Made by a program: the position numbers and the translations under genes. Positions 37,731 to 47,647 of a stretch of 64,000 nucleotides of DNA are shown here, piece after piece. The notes beneath the pieces were generated by a model. It was not told where the DNA came from. It did not search any database and worked only from the letters and a program-made list of their open reading frames with translations. Source of the stretch: Candidatus Babeliales bacterium (GTDB taxonomy: Bacteria > Babelota > Babeliae > Babelales > JANWKD01). How positions within the stretch are numbered: the first letter of the stretch is position 1; each line of letters begins with the position of its first letter. The DNA lies in NCBI GenBank assembly GCA_963722255.1, contig CAVRJO010000001.1, forward strand, positions 640,001-704,000. Reading direction: 5' to 3'.

Positions 37731-38642
37731 AGACCTCTTCTGAAACTCATTTAACCAACTCAAAATTATAGATACCCGCAATAAGATTGAAACGGAGCCC
37801 AAATCTTTTTCGTCGATTGCGATATTTGTCAGCAACTATTTTAAAACGTTTTATCATACCAATTACATGCTCATTTAAAACACGCTGGCTTGATAATTCT
37901 CTATTTCGTTGTTTATCTGTTAATGTTAAAGGATTTTTTTTACTTTTTTTCTTTGGCATAGAAGTATTATTATGAATTTTTTTTAGACCTAAATAACCTG
38001 TATCTGTAAGAACTTCAGTAGATTTTGCGAAGTGAATTTTTGAAGTTTTGAAGAGTTTAAAATCATGTCGTTTACCATCTGAAAAATTTGTACAAACAAT
38101 TTCTTTTGTTTTTTTGTTTACAACTACCTGAGTTTTTATAGTATGACGTTTTTTCTTACCGGAATAAAATTTCCGCTGTTTTTTTTAGGACGTTCAATAG
38201 GACTTTCAGTTGCATCTATTAAAATAACTTCAAATTCATTATCGCTTTTCAGTAGCGCTTTTCTGCCAGGCAATCTAAATTCTTTGCTTTGAATAAGAGT
38301 ATTTTCAACCCATCGTATTGCTTCAAATGCATTGCTTTCAGCAATGCCATAACTTGTCGCAATATGAAGATACGTTCGATATTCCCGTATATATTCAAGA
38401 GTCATCAAAAGCATTTCTTCAATACTGAGCTTATTTGGACGTCCTCCCTTTGCCTTTTTTATTTTTTGCGCTTCTTTTAAAATAGAAACCAATACTTCAA
38501 ATGTTTTTCGTTTTACTCCAGTTACTCTTCTAAAGTTTTTTTCTGATGAAATTTTTAATTTTTCATACTTCATAATCGCTTACCCTTTTTTTATAAATCG
38601 ATTATGATTATGCCATAAAATTTATAGTTTCAGAAGAGGTCT
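37731..38642 (-). mobile_element. IS5-family (ISL2-like) insertion sequence
   Basis: Perfect 17-bp TIR AGACCTCTTCTGAAACT / AGTTTCAGAAGAGGTCT; 3-bp AAT target duplication. Confidence 0.92.
37747..38573 (-). CDS. IS5-family DDE transposase in two frames (A8 run at ~38179-38186)
   Basis: HTH region and IDATESPIERPKK; a -1 shift continues QRKFYSGKKKRHTIKTQ...TDTGYLG...RVLNEHVIG.IK.F. Confidence 0.85.
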
Positions 38643-38905
38643 AATACATAAAAAACAACCCTGATAGCATAAAATTCGTTGGCTTCATCAGCTTTTTAGA
38701 CGTTCCCTTGGTTATGTTAATGATTGGCGGAAAACTTGCATCTATCCTATTAAGATAAAGAACAGCTTTGTAAAGTGCGAGCTTTTTTTATTCTCAAGTA
38801 AATAATGTAATCTATGTAAAGTACTATTTTTTACGAGCTTTTTCATGCTACCGTATAATCATCACTATCAAAATATTCGAAGAAATTGATTTTTAAGGAG
38901 CATGT

Positions 38906-40474
38906 ATGAAGAAGCTGCCAATAGGTATCAGCACATTAGCAACAATAGTTAACGACAACAATTTGTATATTGATAAAACAAAAGAAATCTACAACTTAAT
39001 TACACAAGGCAGCAGATATTTTTTTTCACGCCCGAGCCGCTTTGGCAAATCATTACTTATTTCAACATTAAAAGAGATTTTTTCAGGCAATAAAAAACTT
39101 TTTAAGCATCTCTGGATTGAAAACAGCAGTTATAACTGGAATCAGCACCCGGTCATTCATCTTGACTTTTCAAACATGGCGCATGCAACGGCGCAACAAT
39201 TGCAAGAGAGCATTGTTTTTTCTCTTACTTTAATCGCACAAGAATATGGTCTTGCACAAGAACAGTTTACAACAATGCAAGAATACCTCATTAGTTTGGT
39301 AAAAAATCTTCATCGATTAAAAAAACAAAAAGTTGTAATTTTAATCGATGAATCTGATTATCCATTGCTTCTTCACATAACTAATAAAGAAGAATTACAA
39401 AAACAACAAATGGTACTTAATGATTTTTATGCAACCATCAAAAGTTTAGATGAGGATTTGCATTTTATTTTTTTAACAAGCGTTACTAAATTTGCAAAAT
39501 CATCCGTTTTTTCCGGACTTAATAATGTAGTTGATATAAGTAATGCAGAATTCACAAATTCTCTTTTAGGTTTCACGCACCGGGAAATAGAATTATACTT
39601 TAAAGAAGATATTGAACAGCATGCAGTAACACACAAAAAAAAAGTAGCGGAAATAATGGATAATCTCAAAGAATGGTATAATGGCTACTGTTTTTCAGGC
39701 AATAAAAGTTCTATTCACAATCCATTCTCAATTCTTTTATATATGCAAAGCGGTATTCTTGAACCTTATAGCTTTGAAGCAAATGCGCCACAATCATTGT
39801 TAGTGGTATTAAAAAATGACCTTCCTCTCATACAAGAGATTGCAACCGATTCTTGTATGCTGAGTAGTTTAGCTCCTTGTCAAATTGATGCTTTTCAGTT
39901 GGAAAAATTATTATTTCAAGCAGGCTATCTTTCTATTAAAGATTTTGATCCTGAAACAGATGTATATCATTTGAAGCAACCAAACAAAGAAGCAGCACTT
40001 TCTCTTGCTCATGAGATCCTAACGGCGTTCTCGCGCTTGAATGCTGCAGAGATATCCTCAATATTTGATCGTATGCGTGAAGCATTAGAAGAACATACAA
40101 TGTATGATTTTTTTTCACAATTACATTTTTTTTGCATGCATATTGATTATCCTGTAAACATGCCTCGTGAACAATTTTATTGTATACTTTTTCATTTTAT
40201 TGGCACCATGCTTGGCATGACAATGCATTCAGAAGTTACAACAGATGCCAAAAAAATTGATCTTACCTTGATTACTAAAAAAGATATCTATATAGTTGAA
40301 TTCAGATTCAATACAACAGCACAAGAAGTATTACAACATATTGACCAGAAAAAATATTATGAAAAATATGTGCACACTGGTAAGCCAATTACTTTACTTG
40401 GCGTATCATTTAATTATTCACCAAAAATAGCATTAGAAATTGATTATACATTCAAAAAACACAATGACACGTAA
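38906..40474 (+). CDS. AAA-ATPase-like / PD-(D/E)XK nuclease family protein with altered motifs
   Basis: MKKLPIGI, YIDKT, SRPSRFGKSL, ILIDESD, WYNGY.F, NPFS, LFQAGYL, Y.EKY. Confidence 0.88.
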   Translation: MKKLPIGISTLATIVNDNNLYIDKTKEIYNLITQGSRYFFSRPSRFGKSLLISTLKEIFSGNKKLFKHLWIENSSYNWNQHPVIHLDFSNMAHATAQQLQESIVFSLTLIAQEYGLAQEQFTTMQEYLISLVKNLHRLKKQKVVILIDESDYPLLLHITNKEELQKQQMVLNDFYATIKSLDEDLHFIFLTSVTKFAKSSVFSGLNNVVDISNAEFTNSLLGFTHREIELYFKEDIEQHAVTHKKKVAEIMDNLKEWYNGYCFSGNKSSIHNPFSILLYMQSGILEPYSFEANAPQSLLVVLKNDLPLIQEIATDSCMLSSLAPCQIDAFQLEKLLFQAGYLSIKDFDPETDVYHLKQPNKEAALSLAHEILTAFSRLNAAEISSIFDRMREALEEHTMYDFFSQLHFFCMHIDYPVNMPREQFYCILFHFIGTMLGMTMHSEVTTDAKKIDLTLITKKDIYIVEFRFNTTAQEVLQHIDQKKYYEKYVHTGKPITLLGVSFNYSPKIALEIDYTFKKHNDT

Positions 40475-41510
40475 AACAAGACAATCTTTTTTATCTCTAC
40501 TCATAATTTTTTCATCACTTTATTGTTCGACAAGTTTGTCATGCGTCAAAATAGAAAATTTTAAAGAACTTGTTTCGTTTGTATTTACTGAACAATCTGA
40601 AGGATATTTAAAATATGCTCGTTATGCATCGGCTTTGCTGGTAGCAGCGTATCCACTCTATTATGGTTGTATAGGAATTAAAGAATGCATCCAAGATTCA
40701 CAAGAAGAAGGTTATACCATTGATGAAGTAGAGCAGATGAAAACTCTAGAAACAACAATTGACATTTCTCATTTAGGATCAATGGTTAATGAAGTAGCAC
40801 AAGAACTAAAAATATCAAAACAGAAGTTATCAAACATTAGATTTAATTTTTATGGAAAACATAAAGGTGGTTCCAATGCCTTCGCGACAAGTCGCACGCT
40901 TGGTTTTTATCTTTCTTTTTTTAGCTTAACAAAAGAAGAACAGGCGCATATACTAGGGCACGAATTTACTCATATAATCGAATATCATAAGTTTATTAAA
41001 GATATTTGTTCTCTTTTAATTCCACTAGGAAGTTATGGTGTAACACAACTCTATATTAAACTTCTAAAGCACAACTTTCATAACAAAAATTTCGAGCTAC
41101 CAACAATAAATAATATACTCATGCTTACCGCTATTGCACCATGCCTATCATTTTGTATAAGTCAAATAGCCTTAAACACAATAACCTGTTATTTAGAAAA
41201 AAGAGCAGATTTGCGCGCAGCACAATCTTTTAAGTATGCTTTGGGAGGCGTCATTGCCTATAATCCTTATGAAGTTAAGGACCCGACTGATGTTAACAAA
41301 CTAAATGAAATAGTTGAAAAAAAAGAGCTCAATGAAGAAAAAAATAAATCAAATTTTTTGCTGAAAAAAATTCCCGCGTTGGAAACAGTAAATTTTTTTT
41401 TAGAATCTCTTTATGGCCTCAATGCGCATCCAAGCAATAGCAAACGATTTTCCTATCTTGCTGAGAAACTTGTTGAATTAGAAAAACAAGAATATAAAAA
41501 AAGCCTTTAA
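40464..41510 (+). CDS. M48-like zinc metalloprotease, exported/membrane
   Basis: NAFA, ILGHEFTH (HExxH), EKRAD, HP...R. Likely start MTRKTRQ at 40464. Confidence 0.8.
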   Translation: MTRKTRQSFLSLLIIFSSLYCSTSLSCVKIENFKELVSFVFTEQSEGYLKYARYASALLVAAYPLYYGCIGIKECIQDSQEEGYTIDEVEQMKTLETTIDISHLGSMVNEVAQELKISKQKLSNIRFNFYGKHKGGSNAFATSRTLGFYLSFFSLTKEEQAHILGHEFTHIIEYHKFIKDICSLLIPLGSYGVTQLYIKLLKHNFHNKNFELPTINNILMLTAIAPCLSFCISQIALNTITCYLEKRADLRAAQSFKYALGGVIAYNPYEVKDPTDVNKLNEIVEKKELNEEKNKSNFLLKKIPALETVNFFLESLYGLNAHPSNSKRFSYLAEKLVELEKQEYKKSL

Positions 41511-41549
41511 GGATTTTCACTCTCTAAATACTCGACATGCCTGGCACAG

Positions 41550-41586
41550 AGTGACTTAAGCTGCATGGTTGCAGCTTAAGTCACTA
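41550..41586. terminator. Bidirectional hairpin
   Basis: AGTGACTTAAGCTGCA-TGGT-TGCAGCTTAAGTCACT. Confidence 0.75.
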
Positions 41587-41593
41587 TTTATAA

Positions 41594-44500
41594 TTAGAGC
41601 GGCGGGAAGGATAAATTTGAAAGATTATTTGGAACTGTACTTGATACATTTGCTAAAAATTGTTGATACGTATTTGTTACGAAAACATAATTAATATCAT
41701 TATTATATGCAGTATTTTGAATAATTAAATTAGTGTTTGACGATGCACTTAATCCTCTTCCTGAAGAAAAGCCAGGCAATCCTGCAGCAAGTGTAGGGCC
41801 TGCAACACCAAATATTTCATTGTTTCTTATTATACCATTTGAAGGGAATATATACGCTAAGAATGTTTCTTCATTAACTGTAGAACCATTAGGATTTGAG
41901 GCTACTGCAATATAACGACCACCTCGTGACCAGCTCACTGCATTATTAGTTGCCCCATGTGTAACATTACTAATTGAAGAAAGTGATGCACCCGTATACT
42001 TTAAAGCACGAATATCAAAGCCTCCTGTACCTGCAGCCCCAACAATTATAGCATATTGCGCATCTGAAGCCCATTTAACACCATTAACATTACCTCCGTG
42101 TGAAAATGATGTTATTGGAACCAATGAAGAACCAGTGAAACTTGCTACTTGAACTTCTGGGCCTGATCCCGTAGTAGCACCAAACAAAATTGTTCTGCCA
42201 TCAAGTGCCCAATTAACACTAGTAACTGCAGGAATTGAAAGTGATGCAACTATTGTTAACGTAGTACCTTTTGAGAACTGTAACACAACTGGTCCGGCAG
42301 CGATAAATTCACTATCCGGTGACCAATCTATTGCCGAAGCTCCAAGATTACCATTTGATGCTACGATATTTAGAGCTGACCCGGTAAACTCAAGAACAAC
42401 TACTTCAGGATCAGGAACTGCTGCAAAAGAACTTTGATTATCTGAATATGCAATAAACTCTCCACTATGAGACCAAGCCATCCCCCCCGTAAATACCAGT
42501 GTTGGCGCAGATGCAACAAAATTCAACGAGCTACCATTAAATTGGTAAACAGAAATTGTTCCCACTGTACCATTATTTACTCCAACTGCTAAATATTGTC
42601 CATCAGGCGACCAGGATACTGCTAAGGGCGTTCCTACAGTAGTCACTGATGCAACTCGAACTAAATCATTACCAACAAATTTAACGACAGCAACATTTGA
42701 TGGTAATGATGCTATTGCAAGAAATTTATCATTCGGAGACCATGCAATAGCTTGAAGAGTAGTAGTTCCGGATAATGATGGCAACCCACCACTCGTTAAT
42801 GTTGTAAATGTATATTGCATTTGAATACCAAATGGTTGTGCATTTGATGTAGTTGTTGAATTACTAATTTGATTGTTCATTATAACATCAGCCTGCTCAG
42901 TTGCACCAATTAGTAGCCCTGTTGCTGTATTTCCAGAAAAAGTTGCTGATGTACTTGTCGCATCAATAATATTATCTTCAAATCTATTATTACCACCTGA
43001 AACTGCACTAATACCAAATGCATTTCCATTAGTTGCTGCAGTATTATTTATCGTAGACATATTAATTATGTTTGAAAAACTATTTATTAAACTAATTCCG
43101 GCACTTGTATTATTTGAAAAAACTGAATTAGATACACTACCATTGCTTGCAGACAATAAGGTAAGACCTGTTCCATTCGCAACAAAATCCGATTCGGTAA
43201 TCGTAAAATTGATTATTGGAGAACCAACCGTACCATTGAAAAATGCACCTATACCAGAAGTACGTATCGTTACATTTTCTAAAATTACATCTGTTATAGT
43301 ATCATTAATTTCAATCCCATTAGCGGTAAAATTAGAAATAACCCCATTTTCAATAAGCACCGTATTTGTTCCAGGTCCCACAGCTATTCCATTTACCCCT
43401 GGTACACTATTTCCTTGAGTAAGTGTGGCACATTGCAAATTTAAGGTAACATTCGAAGCATTAATGGTAATTGCTGATGAAGCTATTAATGGACTAAAAA
43501 CAATATTATTTGCCAGAATATACACACCCGGTTGTGTAATAGTAAATCCTGTAGTATCTACCATAGCTTGCGTGATTAATACTGGAGAACAAACAGTCTG
43601 ATTCAATATAGCATTTAACACAGTAAATGTTCCATTAAAATCTATTGTCAACGTACTCTTAATATCAGTCAATGATGTAAACACACCATTGAAATCTACA
43701 AACGTTTGATTACAGCATGCATTCAATGCAGTAAATGTTCCATTAAAATCTATTGTCAACGTACTCTTAATATCAGTCAATGATGTAAACACACCATTGA
43801 AATCTACAAACGTTTGATTACAGCACGCATTCAATGCAGTGAATGTTCCATTAAAATCTATTGTCAACGTATTCTTAATATCAGTCAATGATGTAAACAC
43901 ACCATTGAAATCTACAAACGTCTGATTACAGCATGCATTCAATGCCGTAAAGGTACCATTAAAATCGGTGGTTATAGTTTGTTTGATATCAGCTAAAATA
44001 GTCCAAGTGAAATCAAAATCGTTTTGAATAGTAGCACAGCAGGTTGTTACCGTTGATTCAATGCTCGTTAACGTAGTATAAACACCAGAAAGATCACACG
44101 ATCCTGTAGAAATAGCAGCGATAGCAGTGAATGTTCCGTTGAAATCAGTGGTTATTGTTGTTTTGATATCATTCAATGTAGTGTAAACGCCTGAGAGATC
44201 ACAAGCGCCAGCGACGATTGCCGCGATTGCAGTGAAGGTGCCATTAAAATCTGTGGTGATAGTTTGTTTGATATCAGCTAAAATAGTCCAAGTGGAATCA
44301 AAATCATTTTGAATAGTAGCACAACAGGTTGTCAACGTATCATTAAGATCCGCTAAAATTGTCCATGTGTTTATAAAATCTGTCGATACCGTCACCTTGA
44401 TATCATTAAGAACTGTAAATGTGCCTTCAAAATCATTTTGAATAGTAGCACAACAGGTTGTCAACGTATCATTCAGGTCCGCCAAGATTGTCCATGTGTT

Positions 44501-45085
44501 TATAAAATCCGTCGATACCGTAATTTTAATATCATTCAAAACCGTAAATACACCCTGAAAGTCTTTTTGAATTATAGCGCAACATTGCACAACAATTTGT
44601 GTCAAACGATTAAGTAGTTGCAGCACTTCAGCAAAATCGCACTCTAAAACAGTACCTACGGGGGCTCCATCGGTATTTCCGGGTGCATCAGGACGCGGTG
44701 CTTTTCCAAATTTTGTTACCTGTATTAACTTTTCAATAACAACCGGTAAAGCTTCTGCCAAATCTTGAACATCTAACAATGTAGCGCCATTTTCTAATTG
44801 TTCATGACAGGTCAAAACACTGTAGGGCAATTCATCAACCGTATTATTTTCACAAGCATCATCAATAACAATCCTTAATAGTTCATCAAGGCGTAACCCC
44901 ATAAGATTTTCCGGGGCAACAAGCATCTGCATCGTAGTATCTTGACTGCTCTTTGATTTAGGTAGAGTTTCGTATCGTTCTCGTTGTGCATTATAAGAAA
45001 TGTGAGTTTTTGATAAAACCGGTTGCAATACAACTGAAATAAGTGCCAACAAAAAGACTTTTTTAGCAAATTTTGTACGATTCAT
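41594..45085 (-). CDS. Large secreted fibre-like protein: Cys-Cys coiled-coil repeats, right-handed beta-helix and WD40-like propeller
   Basis: Signal peptide (probable start MNRTKF after GGAG); DF.GTFT.L..I repeats with CC; ITQPGVYIL...ITINASNVTLNL beta-helix start; about seven WSPDG-like blades. Confidence 0.85.
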   Translation of the reverse strand: MNRTKFAKKVFLLALISVVLQPVLSKTHISYNAQRERYETLPKSKSSQDTTMQMLVAPENLMGLRLDELLRIVIDDACENNTVDELPYSVLTCHEQLENGATLLDVQDLAEALPVVIEKLIQVTKFGKAPRPDAPGNTDGAPVGTVLECDFAEVLQLLNRLTQIVVQCCAIIQKDFQGVFTVLNDIKITVSTDFINTWTILADLNDTLTTCCATIQNDFEGTFTVLNDIKVTVSTDFINTWTILADLNDTLTTCCATIQNDFDSTWTILADIKQTITTDFNGTFTAIAAIVAGACDLSGVYTTLNDIKTTITTDFNGTFTAIAAISTGSCDLSGVYTTLTSIESTVTTCCATIQNDFDFTWTILADIKQTITTDFNGTFTALNACCNQTFVDFNGVFTSLTDIKNTLTIDFNGTFTALNACCNQTFVDFNGVFTSLTDIKSTLTIDFNGTFTALNACCNQTFVDFNGVFTSLTDIKSTLTIDFNGTFTVLNAILNQTVCSPVLITQAMVDTTGFTITQPGVYILANNIVFSPLIASSAITINASNVTLNLQCATLTQGNSVPGVNGIAVGPGTNTVLIENGVISNFTANGIEINDTITDVILENVTIRTSGIGAFFNGTVGSPIINFTITESDFVANGTGLTLLSASNGSVSNSVFSNNTSAGISLINSFSNIINMSTINNTAATNGNAFGISAVSGGNNRFEDNIIDATSTSATFSGNTATGLLIGATEQADVIMNNQISNSTTTSNAQPFGIQMQYTFTTLTSGGLPSLSGTTTLQAIAWSPNDKFLAIASLPSNVAVVKFVGNDLVRVASVTTVGTPLAVSWSPDGQYLAVGVNNGTVGTISVYQFNGSSLNFVASAPTLVFTGGMAWSHSGEFIAYSDNQSSFAAVPDPEVVVLEFTGSALNIVASNGNLGASAIDWSPDSEFIAAGPVVLQFSKGTTLTIVASLSIPAVTSVNWALDGRTILFGATTGSGPEVQVASFTGSSLVPITSFSHGGNVNGVKWASDAQYAIIVGAAGTGGFDIRALKYTGASLSSISNVTHGATNNAVSWSRGGRYIAVASNPNGSTVNEETFLAYIFPSNGIIRNNEIFGVAGPTLAAGLPGFSSGRGLSASSNTNLIIQNTAYNNDINYVFVTNTYQQFLANVSSTVPNNLSNLSFPPL
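43623..43946. repeat. Three near-identical 108-bp coding tandem repeats
   Basis: Units start at 43623, 43731 and 43839 and encode TLTIDFNGTFTALNACCNQTFVDFNGVFTSLTDIK(S/N). Confidence 0.9.
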
Positions 45086-45263
45086 TTTTTCTCCTACTTC
45101 TTTTTTTTTAGTTAACAAACTATCCAGAAAATTAAAAAAAGCAACATTTTTTTCAAGGCTTTAAAAAATAAATTAAAAAAAGCTATACTTGAATAAAAAT
45201 ATTTTCTGTTATACTATTTATTAAAATTAGCATAGCTTTAATAACTATTTTTTGGAAAAATTT

Positions 45264-46013
45264 ATGCATCTATTTAAAATCTTACTTGCAAGCTTCATAC
45301 TTATTTCATCGGCCTTTTCAAGTAAGGCAATGGAACAACGAGAAATAATAGATCTTACCACCGATACTGATATGGAACTCAGTTCTGAATCAATACATAA
45401 GAAGTTAGATAAATTAGAACATTCCATTGTTAGAAAAAATAATCATAATTATGGGCAAAATCTTATAAAACTTATTCGATATTGCGAAGAATGCCTAGGA
45501 AAATATATACTTAATGAAGATTTTTATGATCTTATTGTAAGATTGCAAAGCAGTTATGTAGATGCATTTATCAAATATATACACTTTACTATCCCGGTGG
45601 AGCACAAACCTAAACGAATAAAGCCGTTACTACATCTACAAAATGTTATTGACTTTTGGGACAAGCAAAAATTGAATAACCTTACAAAAAAGGCAATAAA
45701 TAAATTTAATAAAAAACTTAAAGATGCCAAGGAGAGCCGATCTGCAGCAAAAAACAGGAGCTCTCTACTATGGTCAAAATTTACAGGCGATTTTTCCGGT
45801 CAACAACCGAATAATATTCTATCCGTCAACAAAACTACTGCTCCTACAATCGCTAATCAACTACCTCAACTTGACTCATTCGTGCTGCAAAGACCTAGAA
45901 GACCTTCACCCTTAACAAGCAACCCTTATAAGATGAGCCTTGCCTATATAACCGACCAAACTGATTCAGGAATGGATCTAGACTCACGACCTAATACATC
46001 AGAAGAAAATTAA
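45264..46013 (+). CDS. Hypothetical secreted protein
   Basis: Signal peptide ending SKA-ME; basic patches; disordered Ser/Pro-rich tail. Confidence 0.75.
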   Translation: MHLFKILLASFILISSAFSSKAMEQREIIDLTTDTDMELSSESIHKKLDKLEHSIVRKNNHNYGQNLIKLIRYCEECLGKYILNEDFYDLIVRLQSSYVDAFIKYIHFTIPVEHKPKRIKPLLHLQNVIDFWDKQKLNNLTKKAINKFNKKLKDAKESRSAAKNRSSLLWSKFTGDFSGQQPNNILSVNKTTAPTIANQLPQLDSFVLQRPRRPSPLTSNPYKMSLAYITDQTDSGMDLDSRPNTSEEN

Positions 46014-46104
46014 CAACTAAAAACATTTTTAGACAACAAAAAAAATTCTGATATGATTGTTATTAACAAATGAGCTTATGCGACGACTATAAAAAATTCC
46101 AGAG

Positions 46105-46719
46105 ATGCTATTCATGAAGATAAATTTTTGTGCGCTTTTTTTTTGTTTTTTAACGAGTTGTTGCATTAAAGGTATGCAGATAGAGAGCTCGGATCAAAAC
46201 TTTGATGAAGAAGCGCTAAAACGGTTTAATACAAATTCTGCTTTGCGCATAATAAAAGTACTGGAAGAAAAATTTACTCATACGCTCACTCTTGAAGAAT
46301 ATAGCCAATTTAAAAATCTTTGCGCAACATTGCTTAATCCGACGGGAAATTTTTTATACCAACCGGAATTTAGAACAACACTTTGTGAGATTGAACAGTT
46401 TCAAAAAAAGTTAGAAAATCAAATCACTAGACATCATACTACGACACAAATAAAATGCTCTGCAATTTCCAAATACAAATCACATAAAAAACAAACTCGT
46501 TTATATGTTCAATACAAAAAAAAGTCTGCTCTAAGGTTAGCTTCTCTTGAAAAAAAAGCTATTGTAACCTTATCCAAAATGAAAAGAAGTTCGAGCACTA
46601 TAAAAGTTCCTGATGCACATCATGACCGCTATTGGCATCATTTGAAAGATAGAAATACCATGCGAACTAATCTATTATTTCTTTCTGATACGGTTAAGTT
46701 CCATGCTAGTCATGGTTAA
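46105..46719 (+). CDS. Hypothetical secreted basic protein
   Basis: Signal peptide ending IKG-MQ; Lys-rich C-terminal half. Confidence 0.7.
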   Translation: MLFMKINFCALFFCFLTSCCIKGMQIESSDQNFDEEALKRFNTNSALRIIKVLEEKFTHTLTLEEYSQFKNLCATLLNPTGNFLYQPEFRTTLCEIEQFQKKLENQITRHHTTTQIKCSAISKYKSHKKQTRLYVQYKKKSALRLASLEKKAIVTLSKMKRSSSTIKVPDAHHDRYWHHLKDRNTMRTNLLFLSDTVKFHASHG

Positions 46720-46875
46720 TTGATAGTCTACAAAATATCTTGCACAAAACCTTTATCCTTTTTATACAATCATATATCTTCTCAAATCAGTTCTTATTAC
46801 AACTCTTGCATTGTAAACAGTGTAATCTATATTGTTATAGAAAAGATAGTTGTCAAATAAAAAAGGAGACTTTTT

Positions 46876-47625
46876 ATGAGAGTTGTAGCATTGCTCAATC
46901 AAAAAGGTGGCGTTGGAAAAACAACAACGACCCTTAATATCGGAGCAGGATTAGCAAATCTAAAAAAAAGAGTTTTACTCATTGATCTAGATCCTCAAGC
47001 GAGCTTGACGCACTCAATAGGCATTGAACAACAAGAAACTTCATCTACCATTTATGAGCTCTTAAAGCAGGAATGCTTATTTGAAGAAGCTGTTATAAAA
47101 AAAAATAATCTTACTATAATTCCATCGTCAATCAGCCTTTCAGGTTTTGAAAAAGAATATGCTTTAATTGAAAATAAAGAATATCTTTTAAAAAAAACTA
47201 TCAAAACATTTCCAAAATATGATTACATTTTGATTGATTGCCCACCAAGCTTAGGCTTTTTAACAATCAACGCTTTAGCAGCTGCACAAGAAGTTATAAT
47301 ACCAGTACAAACGGAATTTTTAGCATTACAAGGATTAAGTCAACTTCTTGATACTATTGCCGTCATTCAATCACACATCAATCCGAAACTAGAAATTTCA
47401 GGCATCATTGGAACACGGTTCAATAGAAGAAAAATGCATAAAGACGTCGTTGAATTTTTGCAAATACATTTTAGAGACATGACCTTCAACACCGTAATTC
47501 GTGAAAATATTGCATTGGCTGAAGCACCAAGCTTTGGCAAAACAATTTATGATCACAATCCATCAAGCAATGGCGCAAAAGATTATAAAAGCTTATGTAA
47601 AGAAATTTTAAAACAAGAACAATAA
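46876..47625 (+). CDS. parA: ParA/Soj family ATPase
   Basis: NQKGGVGKTT, LIDLDPQ, IDCPPSLG, EAPSFG; AAGGAG RBS. Confidence 0.95.
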   Translation: MRVVALLNQKGGVGKTTTTLNIGAGLANLKKRVLLIDLDPQASLTHSIGIEQQETSSTIYELLKQECLFEEAVIKKNNLTIIPSSISLSGFEKEYALIENKEYLLKKTIKTFPKYDYILIDCPPSLGFLTINALAAAQEVIIPVQTEFLALQGLSQLLDTIAVIQSHINPKLEISGIIGTRFNRRKMHKDVVEFLQIHFRDMTFNTVIRENIALAEAPSFGKTIYDHNPSSNGAKDYKSLCKEILKQEQ

Positions 47626-47647
47626 CCATACCTAGGAGAAAAATATA

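Larger units (their letters stand above)
37427..38758 (+). pseudogene. Secreted L.KY.LVD..G-domain protein interrupted by IS5
   Basis: Removing 37731-38642 and one AAT copy restores the frame: ...TCNSLE-YIKNNPDSIKFVGFISFLDVPLVMLMIGGKLASILLR*. Confidence 0.8.

Noticed and set aside
32504..38758. Classical integron
   Set aside because: No tyrosine integrase, no consistent RYYYAAC/GTTRRRY attC ends, and the cassettes carry their own promoters.
43623..43946. Regular 108-bp repeats as a possible CRISPR array
   Set aside because: No unique spacers, in-frame coding repeats, and no cas genes.
45264..46719. Nucleus-targeted effectors based on basic patches
   Set aside because: Lys-rich stretches are common in AT-rich genomes, so this is insufficient evidence.
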